A DNA stretch of 62,534 bases, the filler included, from Limisphaerales bacterium (lineage in GTDB: Bacteria; Verrucomicrobiota; Verrucomicrobiia; Limisphaerales; SIBE01), in assembly GCA_044225505.1 (NCBI GenBank). It is 9 parts of 9 records of this genome, joined end to end, with 100 filler letters (N's around TTAATTAATTAA, not from the genome) between each part and the next. Parts side by side here need not be neighbours in the genome. Positions count along the whole stretch, not along the records: positions 24,446 to 55,580 come from JBGAIN010000094.1; 8 more parts are not named here. One strand, given 5' to 3'. Each line of letters opens with the position of its first letter. Position 1 is the first letter of the stretch. Below the pieces are notes generated by a model. It had not been told where the DNA came from and did no database searches. It saw nothing but the letters and a program-made list of their open reading frames with translations. Positions 40,708 through 49,816 of the stretch are shown here, one piece after another. The translations under genes and the position numbers were made by a program.

Positions 40708-42741
40708 TCACACTCCCGCTGGGCCAGCGAACGATAAGGCTTCTTCGAGCCAATCGTCCACTCGCAAAACAGCTTTACGTTGATTGAAAGCCACCCGTTG
40801 CGCTTTCCGTTGAGCCAAAGCAAACGCGGCCTCGCCGATTTTTTGTCGCCCAGGGACGGTGGAGGCGAGAGCGCGGGGCAGGTTGCGGGCCATGGGCTTC
40901 GCCAAGTATCGCCGGATCAGTTCGTCCTCCGCGCTGACGAACGCTTGCGCTGAACCGGGGTCTCCTTGCCTGGCGCTACGGCCAAAGAGCTGCCGGTCCA
41001 CGCGGCCGGATTCGTGGCGTTCTGTGGCAATGACGTGCAGACCGCCGAGTTCAACGACCCCTGGAGGAAGCTTAATGTCTGTGCCGCGCCCGGCCATATT
41101 GGTTGCAATAGTGATCTGAGAGGCATAGCCGGCGTTGGCGATGATAGCCGCTTCTTCCTGGTGGCGAACGGCGTTAAGCAGCCGGAAGTAGAGACCGCGT
41201 TCGGTCAACAGGTTGGCAAGTTTTTCACTGGCGGCGACGCTGCGCGTGCCAATGAGCAACGGACGTCCCGTCGCATTCAATCGTTGAATTTCATCGGCGA
41301 CAGCTTTCCATTTGTCAGATTCGTTAGCGAAAAGGCGATCTGGCCATTGCGTTCGGATGCAGGGCTTGTTCGTGGGGATCCGGATTACGGGAAGCCGGTA
41401 AATATGCCAAAACTCCCCGGCTGCTTCCCGGGCGGTGCCAGTCATTCCGGAAAGGTTGTGGTAGAGCCGGAAGAAGCGTTGAAAGCTAAGGCGCGCGATG
41501 GTTTCAGCCGGGTCGGTGACCGGGACCTTTTCTTTTGCTTCGATGGCCTGATGCATGCCTTGTCGCCAAGAACGTTGCGGCATGGGGCGGCCGGTAAATT
41601 CGTCGACAATGACGATTTTGCCTTCCGTCACGACATATTGCTTGCCCATCTGGTAGAACTCTCGCGCGAGCAAGGCTTGTTGGACCAACTCTGTGCGACG
41701 ATCGTTTCCTCGCCAAATGCCACTAAGCGAGGCGCACCGGGAAGTGAGCTTTTGGCGGCCCGCCTTCGTGAGTTCGACCTCGCGGTAGCGGTGATTGACT
41801 TCGTAGTCCACCTGCGGTTCGAAAGGCTCGATGATTTCCTGGGCGACTTGAACGACCTGGCGAAGCTCTTCGTTCTTTTGCTGTGTCGAAATGATGAGCG
41901 GGGTTACGGCTTCATCGATCAAAACGCTGTCGGCTTCATCGACGATCGCGGTATAAAGACCGCGGAGGACAAGCGGATCATCGGCCGTTGGCGACGGTGC
42001 GAGGAGGCGGCGAATGAGGCGGCGTGAGGGATCCTTAAGTTCGCCGACCCGCAATCGATCTCTCAGGAAATCGGCTAACACCTCTTTACTGGTGACATAA
42101 GTGACATCGGCTGCATAGCCCTGACGACGAGCGGAATGGTCCATCGCCGCAGTCACAAAACCGACGCGCACGCCGGCGAAGCTATAGAGTGGCCGCAACC
42201 ATTCCGCATCACGTTGCACGAGGTAATCGTTGACCGTGATGATGTGGCAAGGGCGGCGCGTCCAACCAGCTAGCGTGGCGGCAAGTCCCGCCGTAAGAGT
42301 CTTGCCTTCGCCCGTGGCCATTTCCGCGAGATACCCGCGGTGCAGAGCCAAAGCGCCCATGAGTTGGACAACAAACGGATGCAATCCGAGTTTGCGATGG
42401 GCAGTTTCGCGGATCGCCGCCAGAGCATGGGCCAAAACGTCGTCTTGTTTCCGGCCGCCGCGGCGGAATCCGTCCCGATAGAGCAAGAGGCGCTCCTGCA
42501 AGTGGTGATCGGACAACTCGCGAAAGTCGGACTCCAGAGCATCCACGCCTTCGGCTTCCTGACGCAAGGAAGCAAGGACCTGACGCCGCCGCCGAAAGAC
42601 GCCGGTGAGAGCGTGCACCCCTGCGTCCAGGCCTTTCAGCAGTTTCTCTGGCGCATGATGATGGGTTCGGCGGTATTCCTGGGTTGGAGTAATCAAAGCT
42701 GGTAGCGCTTTTGCAGCAGTTGCCGCAGGCGTCGAATCCAT
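40708..42741 (-). CDS. Accessory, C-terminally truncated SecA paralog
   Basis: EMATGEGKT, TVNDYL, IVDEADSVLIDEA, DEFTGR, GMTGTA, ATNMAGRGTDI and QLFGRSARQGDPG; ends at 677 aa without wing domain or C-tail. Confidence 0.92.
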   Translation of the reverse strand: MDSTPAATAAKALPALITPTQEYRRTHHHAPEKLLKGLDAGVHALTGVFRRRRQVLASLRQEAEGVDALESDFRELSDHHLQERLLLYRDGFRRGGRKQDDVLAHALAAIRETAHRKLGLHPFVVQLMGALALHRGYLAEMATGEGKTLTAGLAATLAGWTRRPCHIITVNDYLVQRDAEWLRPLYSFAGVRVGFVTAAMDHSARRQGYAADVTYVTSKEVLADFLRDRLRVGELKDPSRRLIRRLLAPSPTADDPLVLRGLYTAIVDEADSVLIDEAVTPLIISTQQKNEELRQVVQVAQEIIEPFEPQVDYEVNHRYREVELTKAGRQKLTSRCASLSGIWRGNDRRTELVQQALLAREFYQMGKQYVVTEGKIVIVDEFTGRPMPQRSWRQGMHQAIEAKEKVPVTDPAETIARLSFQRFFRLYHNLSGMTGTAREAAGEFWHIYRLPVIRIPTNKPCIRTQWPDRLFANESDKWKAVADEIQRLNATGRPLLIGTRSVAASEKLANLLTERGLYFRLLNAVRHQEEAAIIANAGYASQITIATNMAGRGTDIKLPPGVVELGGLHVIATERHESGRVDRQLFGRSARQGDPGSAQAFVSAEDELIRRYLAKPMARNLPRALASTVPGRQKIGEAAFALAQRKAQRVAFNQRKAVLRVDDWLEEALSFAGPAGV

Positions 42742-44849
42742 CGCGGAAGCAGCGGTTCGGAAGGAAGATCCACGCGGAGCTTGCCCGCCCGTCCGTGCAA
42801 CAGCGCGGCATTCTGCGCATCCATGACGCCGGCTCGGACCTCAAAGAAAGGTTCTGCCGTTCGAACACCTTGAGGATCATCGTGGGCTACTCGAACTTCA
42901 CCACCGGCATTCCAGCCCAGGGCGGGCGATGGCAGACGATTCTGTTCTGTGGGCACAATAGTGAGCTGACCGAGTGTAAGAGTGCGATCGGACTGTCCAA
43001 AGAGGCGCGCTTGCGATCGGAGAACCTTGCTGGCGAACAAGCTGTCGCCGTCCTCTTGCGCCACCGTGGCTGTAAACTCAAAGCCATTAGGGTCAATGAT
43101 CAATCCCAGGGAGGTGCCGCGGACAAGCCAGCGTCCCAATGATTCTTTAATTTGTGGGGCAACCCAAAGGCCGTCCTGACGGGCTTGAATCGTCAAGGAG
43201 GCACGATCCCGCTCGAGACGTTCCAATCGCTTCTCGACAGAGGTCAAACGGCTTAGCAACGGTTTCAAACTGGCGGGGTCATCGCGGCGCGCTTGCTGCA
43301 AGCGCGCCTGCACTTCCGCGAGGCTGGCCAGGGCGGCGGATCGTTCGAATTCCAACGGGTCATTCTTCAATTGGAGAAGGACTTGCCCACGTGTCACGCG
43401 CGTTCCCGGTGCGGCGACCAGCCGGTCCACGCGGCCCGCCGATTCATTCACGACTTCGGTCCATTGCTGAGACTTCAGAACGCCTGGAGCCCGGAAATGG
43501 TTGGGAAAAGGTATCAGGTTTAGGAGAACCAGCAAGACCGCGGTAACCGCGGCGCAGACCGAAATGGCCCTGAGTCGTTGACGTTCGAGGGACGGACTAG
43601 ACGCAAGGTACTTGACGAGCGAGACGGTTGGAACCATCACCCAAGAGATCAAGCAAACGGCGGCCATTATAATTCCGATCAGCAAGAATCGATCGGCGAC
43701 AAAAAGGAGGATGCCGCTGAAAACGATGATCCGGTAGACGTTGCTCGAGAGGCCGTAGACCGTCAGCCAAGTCTTCTCTCGACGCGATGTCGTTGGACTC
43801 TCGGACTTGCGGACGCCAAAGAGGTAGCGCTCGGCCAAGTGTTTGAGGTGGTTCAGCGATTTCTGGTAGAGATTTGGGATTTCCAACAGATCGGACAGAA
43901 TGTAATACCCGTCGTAGCGGAGCAGGGGATTGATGTTAAACACCACGGTCGAAACCGAAGCCACGAACATCATGTTGTAAGCGAGACTATGAATCGTGCC
44001 TGGGCCGGAATTTGCCCAGACGAAGGTCGCTAAAGCGGCTAGGAACAGCTCGACGATCATTCCCGCAGCACCGACCAGGACTCGCTGCCAACGATTGCGA
44101 AATCCCCAACTCGAGGTAGCGTCCACATAGGGCATGGGGGTGAAAATCATGAGCATGATTCCCATCACATGCACTTCACCGCCGAAACGCCGGCAGAAAT
44201 AGGCATGCCCAAATTCGTGCACGGTCTTCACTAGAACCATTCCCGCGTAAAGAAGAACAAGGTTGTTCGGTGCGAGGACGCCTTGGCTCTGCTCTTGGAG
44301 GAGGCTCCAGTGGTCAATGACCATCTTGATCGCAGTGCCGACTACCCCGAGCCAAAGAAGGGCTCCCAATGGACTGATCAGGGCGCGAGCCAGCGGCAGA
44401 GTCCGAACCAGAAACTGGTCGGGGTCTAGCAGCGGAAACCGCATGAACATGACGTTCAGAAGCTTGGCGCGGGTTTCGCGTTGCCGGGTCCGTTCGTAGC
44501 GCTTGAAAAGCTGCGCGGTATCATTGCCCGCGTCGTAATGGAGCAGGTTAGCAAAATAGAGCTGCGAGAGCAGCTGTAACACTGACTCCTGGCCGGGAGC
44601 TTCGTCGGGAAAACGGTTGAGGCATTCCTGCCAAACTTCTTGCACGGTACGATCGCGGCGCAGCCGGGCGACAAACTCGTAAGCGGCTGGTCGAAGCCGG
44701 AAGAACTGATTGCTGAACGGGTTTTGAAGCACGAACCACCGTTGGCCACGAAAGTTCTGGCGCTGCACGATGACGTCTGGGCGAAGCGAAAGCTTCTGCC
44801 CGGCGATCCGGTACCAGGATTCACTAAAGGTTTGCGGCGCGTTCGTCAT
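42693..44849 (-). CDS. PqqD-like + M50 site-2 peptidase + HlyD/MFP fusion protein
   Basis: N-terminal PqqD-like fold; HEFGH and NINPLLRYDG; multiple TM helices; lipoyl-hairpin-barrel C-terminus. Confidence 0.88.
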   Translation of the reverse strand: MTNAPQTFSESWYRIAGQKLSLRPDVIVQRQNFRGQRWFVLQNPFSNQFFRLRPAAYEFVARLRRDRTVQEVWQECLNRFPDEAPGQESVLQLLSQLYFANLLHYDAGNDTAQLFKRYERTRQRETRAKLLNVMFMRFPLLDPDQFLVRTLPLARALISPLGALLWLGVVGTAIKMVIDHWSLLQEQSQGVLAPNNLVLLYAGMVLVKTVHEFGHAYFCRRFGGEVHVMGIMLMIFTPMPYVDATSSWGFRNRWQRVLVGAAGMIVELFLAALATFVWANSGPGTIHSLAYNMMFVASVSTVVFNINPLLRYDGYYILSDLLEIPNLYQKSLNHLKHLAERYLFGVRKSESPTTSRREKTWLTVYGLSSNVYRIIVFSGILLFVADRFLLIGIIMAAVCLISWVMVPTVSLVKYLASSPSLERQRLRAISVCAAVTAVLLVLLNLIPFPNHFRAPGVLKSQQWTEVVNESAGRVDRLVAAPGTRVTRGQVLLQLKNDPLEFERSAALASLAEVQARLQQARRDDPASLKPLLSRLTSVEKRLERLERDRASLTIQARQDGLWVAPQIKESLGRWLVRGTSLGLIIDPNGFEFTATVAQEDGDSLFASKVLRSQARLFGQSDRTLTLGQLTIVPTEQNRLPSPALGWNAGGEVRVAHDDPQGVRTAEPFFEVRAGVMDAQNAALLHGRAGKLRVDLPSEPLLPRWIRRLRQLLQKRYQL

Positions 44850-44853
44850 GAGC

Positions 44854-46749
44854 TCACCACCAGAGCCACAAGCGCAGGAAGTCCACCGTGCGGTGGGTTA
44901 GGATCCACAGTAACGTGCGCTTTTCTACGTTCAGTTTGCAGACACCGCTCATTCCCGGCCGCCACCAAAGCTGGAACGGACCTGTAAAGGCAGCGCGAAC
45001 AGTAAAGACGTTCTTCCCTTCCTTGGCGAGAGCGGCTGGTTCGATGCGGACGACGTGAATCGGAAACTTCAACTTCGGTTGAGCGACAAACGCAACTTCA
45101 CCTTCGGTGCGATTGAGTATCTCGTGCATATCGCGCTCCCCGATCTCCACTTCCACGTACTGAGTATCAATGCGTGCGACTTTGAATAGGGCCTCGCCTT
45201 GCTTAACAGGTGCGCCAACTCGCTGCCTTAAGTCTCCCTCGACGAGGACGCCGTCGAAAGGTGCCTTCAACTGCGCTTGACCGAGGCGGTAGCGAGCCAA
45301 AGCGAGCCGCGCTTGCGCCTGATCCGCCAAGGCTAAAGAAATCTTCATGTCTGCGAGGGAGGGTGGCTTGGCGCTCCGCACGTTTTCGGCTTCGGCGCGC
45401 GCTTTCTCGGCCTCGCGGGTGAACCGATTGAGGTCTGCGGCGGCGGCGGCTTCCTCCAATTCCAGATCCGCTGTGTCCAAGCTCAACATGGTGGTGTTGG
45501 TGGTGACGGGATCGCCCGGACGAACGGGAACACTGCGGATGTAGCCGTCGAACGGCGCGGTGAGGAACGAGACCTCATCGCTGCGCACGATGAAGTTCCC
45601 TTCCACTCGGTAAGTGAAAATCGGCAGCAGCAAGATCACCAGCAGGACCACGATGAGCAAGGCCAGGACTTTAGCCCAGGTATGCTCTGGTCCGACGAGT
45701 TTAGAGAGCTGCGTTTTGGCGGCGCTAGTCCAACGTGCGCCGAACCAACGGTCGTTGGCTTTGAGATCGGCCAGCCTCCGGGCCGCCTGATCGCACGCCA
45801 AGCGCAGTTGGCGCAGCTCGATCTCGGAGAAAGCTTGCGTCTGCCGTTCACAGGTCAAGACACCAATGGCCTTTTCGTCGAGCCGAACGGGCAATGAGCA
45901 AAGGTGGCCAGTCGAATAGTTCGTAGCGAAGCTGGCGTGATCTTTGGTGATGAGGGAAGCGTGTTCTGGGGATGGGTAGACCACTTCTTCATCCTGATCA
46001 AAGGCTTCTTCCATCGCGACTTCTAAGGCCTTTGACGCGGCCATCGTGCGGTCAAATCGTTCGGTCCGGCTGATCGTTTGAAGGCGGATGTAGCCATGTT
46101 CAATCCAACCAAGGCTTACGCGATCGCAACCGAAGCGGTTGGCCAGACCGTTGCAGAAGGCGAGCGACGCCGCGTAAAACCGGGTCTCCGCATTCACCAC
46201 AACCATAACGTCCAGAACCGACGCGAACTTCTCCACGTCTGTCTTGGCTTGCAGGACGGTTTGATTCAGCCGGTAAGTGCTTGGCGTGTCGGCCGCCAGC
46301 GCTAGACGAGCGAGAGCTTCGCGAGCTTGTTCGTCCGTAACATTCAGCAACAAGAACGCGGCAATGCACGTTTCATTTCCGGAAGGGAGCGGAATTGTCT
46401 GAGCGAGCGCGAAGTGCTTGGTGCCAGAACTGGGACCGTTTTCGATGGCCTGAAGGAACTGCTGCTGTTCCGCACATTTCTGAGCAATTTCCGGCGCAAG
46501 GCGCGTGAAGGTCACCACGGCGCGGTCAGCATGTCCGTTAGATGACCAGTCCGTGAGTTTCTTGAGTCTATCAGGTTGCGCTGGGTCGCGCAGGATTAGC
46601 AGGCCGCGGCATGCGCCAATGAGTTGACCAGCGGCAGCCATAAAGGCCGGCCAGAATTGGGCGGGAGGGCCCGAGAACCGACGCAACCGCCCGAGCTCTT
46701 CTAAGGCGTTCCGAAGTTGGGGATCGTCCTTACTTTCGTGCGCTAGCAT
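44854..46749 (-). CDS. GAF-domain HlyD-family membrane fusion protein
   Basis: CDRVSLGW...AMEEAFDQD...CSLPVR...IGVLTCER (GAF-like); TM; TAPFDGYI...KAPFDG...WWRPGMSG. Confidence 0.88.
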   Translation of the reverse strand: MLAHESKDDPQLRNALEELGRLRRFSGPPAQFWPAFMAAAGQLIGACRGLLILRDPAQPDRLKKLTDWSSNGHADRAVVTFTRLAPEIAQKCAEQQQFLQAIENGPSSGTKHFALAQTIPLPSGNETCIAAFLLLNVTDEQAREALARLALAADTPSTYRLNQTVLQAKTDVEKFASVLDVMVVVNAETRFYAASLAFCNGLANRFGCDRVSLGWIEHGYIRLQTISRTERFDRTMAASKALEVAMEEAFDQDEEVVYPSPEHASLITKDHASFATNYSTGHLCSLPVRLDEKAIGVLTCERQTQAFSEIELRQLRLACDQAARRLADLKANDRWFGARWTSAAKTQLSKLVGPEHTWAKVLALLIVVLLVILLLPIFTYRVEGNFIVRSDEVSFLTAPFDGYIRSVPVRPGDPVTTNTTMLSLDTADLELEEAAAAADLNRFTREAEKARAEAENVRSAKPPSLADMKISLALADQAQARLALARYRLGQAQLKAPFDGVLVEGDLRQRVGAPVKQGEALFKVARIDTQYVEVEIGERDMHEILNRTEGEVAFVAQPKLKFPIHVVRIEPAALAKEGKNVFTVRAAFTGPFQLWWRPGMSGVCKLNVEKRTLLWILTHRTVDFLRLWLWW

Positions 46750-47509
46750 TCGAGGATTCCTCAAAACTCATTTTTCCGGCCACGCCCGGCCGGACTTTGC
46801 CGTCGGCGTTTTCAAAGAGGACTTTGACTTTCATCAACCCGCTGGCGGCATCGACTACCGGCGAGACAAAGCTGATCGTTCCAGGGGCTATCACCGACGT
46901 AGGGCTGGACTCGATCTCTAAATCGACCCTGGTTCCTACGCGGAGCGACTGACCTGCCTTGGCTTCAACGTTGCAGATAAAATAACAACGGCGCGTGTCA
47001 ACCAGTCGCAAGACCGGTTGCTGGAGTTGGCAAGATTCGCCGATTTGCAGATAGATTTCGGTGATGAACCCATCAAATGGCGCTTGGATCGCGCGTTTCC
47101 GAACTTGTTCTTTCGCGAGCTCGTATTCCGCCAGGGCAACTTTGTAGTCTGCTTGCTTCTTTTCCAAGAGTTCTTTACTGACAGACGATTTGGGCTGCTC
47201 GAACAAGTACTTGCTAGCTTCAAAATCCGTTCGCAGAGGTTCTAACACCACCTCGCGTCGAGCGACTTCAAGATCTTCTAGTGTTTTGTCCAATTCGACC
47301 AACACGTCGCCTTTCTTGACGAAATCTCCCTCGACGAATTTTCGAGCGGAAATGATGCCGGCCACAGGGGTGCCTAGAGTCGAGTCTAAAATCGGTTCTG
47401 TAAGGCCCACCACAGAGATCGTCGGAGCGGCCTTAGTTGCCGAGCCGAAGGACGCGATAGAGACCATGGCTGCTAGCCAGAGCCGCCTAAGTAATAAGAC
47501 GCATTTCAT
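46730..47509 (-). CDS. RND-type periplasmic adaptor (MFP)
   Basis: Signal peptide; EGDFVKKGDVLVEL; IQAPFDG; SPVVDAASG; VRPG. Confidence 0.9.
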   Translation of the reverse strand: MKCVLLLRRLWLAAMVSIASFGSATKAAPTISVVGLTEPILDSTLGTPVAGIISARKFVEGDFVKKGDVLVELDKTLEDLEVARREVVLEPLRTDFEASKYLFEQPKSSVSKELLEKKQADYKVALAEYELAKEQVRKRAIQAPFDGFITEIYLQIGESCQLQQPVLRLVDTRRCYFICNVEAKAGQSLRVGTRVDLEIESSPTSVIAPGTISFVSPVVDAASGLMKVKVLFENADGKVRPGVAGKMSFEESSNASARK

Positions 47510-47537
47510 GGATCAATGAGGTCTTGCCGTCGATCGG

Positions 47538-49475
47538 TCAAGGGCGAGGTGGGTTTTTCGGCGCGACGTTCTCGTTCGGTTCGCGCATTTTCTCGCGCAG
47601 TAGTTCAATCGCCCGACGGTGCGCTGCCGGGTCGGCTTGTCCATCGGGAACAGCTGAGGAGGAACTGGCTCCTGGCGTAGGCGGATTGGATTCGAGTTGT
47701 TGAATTTGCTGTCGAAGCGTATCCACCGCTTTACGTTGCGCCTCAACTTCTTGGTCTGTCATCTCGCGGTGCAGGCGATCCAAAGCCTTGCGCTGGGTGA
47801 GGCTGTTTGGACTCAGGTCTTCGTAATACTGTTTGGCAGCGTCCCGAGAATACTTCTCCAGAGCTTGGTCTGAAAGCCGATCTTTCAGAAAGGCAGCCGT
47901 CTTAGCCTGCAACTGGGGCTTGGTCACATCGAGGTCACGGACCAAGAGGGTGGAACCGGTAACCAATTCCATTTCCAAGAAAGCCTTTTGATACTGAATG
48001 AGGTTTTCCAGTGCCGCGATGCGAGCTTCGAACAGCTTTTCCTCGGTTTCGAGAACGGTGCGACTATCAATCCGACCGACTTTGAGACGCTCCATTTGGC
48101 TATCGAGGAGTTGCTGGTGAAAATTGACAACGGCCTCATAACTCTGAACGTTCTCGAGATAGCTTCGAGTTTTATACATGGCCGACTCCAACGCGTTGCC
48201 AATTTGGAGTTCAATCTCCTTCAAACCCAGAAGTGCGCGTTGCTGTCCGAGCTTGGCGGCTTCAAACTCGTTGCGTTCTCGAATACCGCCGGTCACGGGG
48301 ACGCGCATTTCGACTCCGACACTCCAGGTGGGGAAATCGTAATGACCGACGTCATCCCACGCGTCACCTGGGGACTGACCAAGCCCATTGAAGCCATAGT
48401 TGGCTTTCAAATCGAGTTGTGGTCGGCGTTGATTTCGGGCGTAGCCCAGCCGGATTGTCTCCTGGTTAACCTGCGTTTTACGGGAAAGATAATCCGGGTT
48501 GAGTTGAAAGGCTTGTTGGTAACTTTCGAAATACGTCAGCGGCAACTCGCGGATCGCTGGGCGGTCAACGACCCGCAAGCTAGCGTTGGTCGCCAAGGTC
48601 GGCTCCGACAGCAGGGTTGCTAGCTGACTGACTCCCTCAAAACGTTTTGTTCCCGCCTCGCTCCGCCTGGCCTTGCGGAGCGAGAGTCCAGCTTCGGATT
48701 GGAGAACTTCCAGTTCGGATGAGCGGCCCACTTTGGCCCGGTTCTGATTGTCGGTCAGAATTGCTTCGGCAATCGTGATGCTCTCTGACGCAATTCGCTC
48801 TTGTTCTTGAGTCAAATACAGATCCCAGTAGGCTGACTCGGATCGAGCGACCAAGAGCATCAGTTGGCGGCGATAATCCTGGAAGGCGAGATCAGACGCG
48901 GCGGCGGCGAGGCGAATGCGCACGGTAGTGGCATCAATACCGAAGTTTTTCAAGAGGGGTTGCACCAGGCTGACTCCGACAAAGGTTTCATACTCGTGAT
49001 GGATATTGGTTCCGCCCGTGCTTAAGATTGACCCCTGGCGCTGCAGATTATTTTGGAGATCTCGAAACGAAACGCCTAGTTTAAAGCGAGACCCGATCGG
49101 AGATAGGAACTCGAGGCCGCCGTTATAGAGGGTGTTGCGCTCATCGAGTTCGGCCGTGAGCAGCGAGCGAGCTTGCTGCACATTGTTCGGGCGTTGATTA
49201 TCAACACGATCGATATCCGCGACGATCGCGGGCTCGAAAATGCCCTTTTCTGCCTTCAGCGTTTTCTGACTAATCTCCGCCTCCAACATTTTCATCTGAA
49301 TACTCTCGTTATTCTCGACGATGCGCCGCACGACCTCGGTAAGCCGAATCTCGCGGCCGGGCGGTTGATTAGTGGCAGCCGACAAACGAAAGGGAGCGAG
49401 GACGCAAAGGAGCAGAACAAAGCATAAGGCTATGCGGCGAGGACAACTGTCAACCGAGACAACAACGGATAACAT
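47538..49475 (-). CDS. TolC family outer membrane protein with C-terminal coiled-coil extension
   Basis: Signal peptide; VQPLLKNFG; AYWDL; RRPQLDLKANYG; two OEP repeats; start uncertain. Confidence 0.9.
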   Translation of the reverse strand: MLSVVVSVDSCPRRIALCFVLLLCVLAPFRLSAATNQPPGREIRLTEVVRRIVENNESIQMKMLEAEISQKTLKAEKGIFEPAIVADIDRVDNQRPNNVQQARSLLTAELDERNTLYNGGLEFLSPIGSRFKLGVSFRDLQNNLQRQGSILSTGGTNIHHEYETFVGVSLVQPLLKNFGIDATTVRIRLAAAASDLAFQDYRRQLMLLVARSESAYWDLYLTQEQERIASESITIAEAILTDNQNRAKVGRSSELEVLQSEAGLSLRKARRSEAGTKRFEGVSQLATLLSEPTLATNASLRVVDRPAIRELPLTYFESYQQAFQLNPDYLSRKTQVNQETIRLGYARNQRRPQLDLKANYGFNGLGQSPGDAWDDVGHYDFPTWSVGVEMRVPVTGGIRERNEFEAAKLGQQRALLGLKEIELQIGNALESAMYKTRSYLENVQSYEAVVNFHQQLLDSQMERLKVGRIDSRTVLETEEKLFEARIAALENLIQYQKAFLEMELVTGSTLLVRDLDVTKPQLQAKTAAFLKDRLSDQALEKYSRDAAKQYYEDLSPNSLTQRKALDRLHREMTDQEVEAQRKAVDTLRQQIQQLESNPPTPGASSSSAVPDGQADPAAHRRAIELLREKMREPNENVAPKNPPRP

Positions 49476-49816
49476 ACGAATTTTCTCGCTGCTTAGAAAC
49501 CAACTGGTGCTTACGCGCCGAGTGTTGTAGGACGACCGGCGGCTGCGGACAAGTCTTTTTTGCCGCATTAATTCCTCGCCCTGGGCTACATGGTGCGGTT
49601 TTTGGCTGAAAACGGCGCAACGATCAAGGGTGCGGCCGGTCCGGTTTGGGCTTCGCGCCGCTCGCCGTTGCGTTCGGGCCAAAACGAATATGTAGCGCAG
49701 CGTGGCCAGCAAACTGATTGCCATATAGTATTCGAACGACTCCCCAGTCTGCCATCACCGTTAATCCCGCTCCGATAAGGCCAGCAACGGCCAGTCGGCG
49801 GAAGAGTGGTTGAGTT

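Noticed and set aside
40966..42027. 353-aa plus-strand ORF and similar long antisense ORFs (1457-2323, 8661-9512, 17434-18153, 22935-23756)
   Set aside because: Shadows of well-supported genes on the opposite strand, common at this GC content.
40708..42741. Calling this the housekeeping secA or a SecA2-SecY2 system
   Set aside because: Too short, lacks the C-terminal domains, and has no secY2/asp genes; it is embedded in a TolC/MFP operon.
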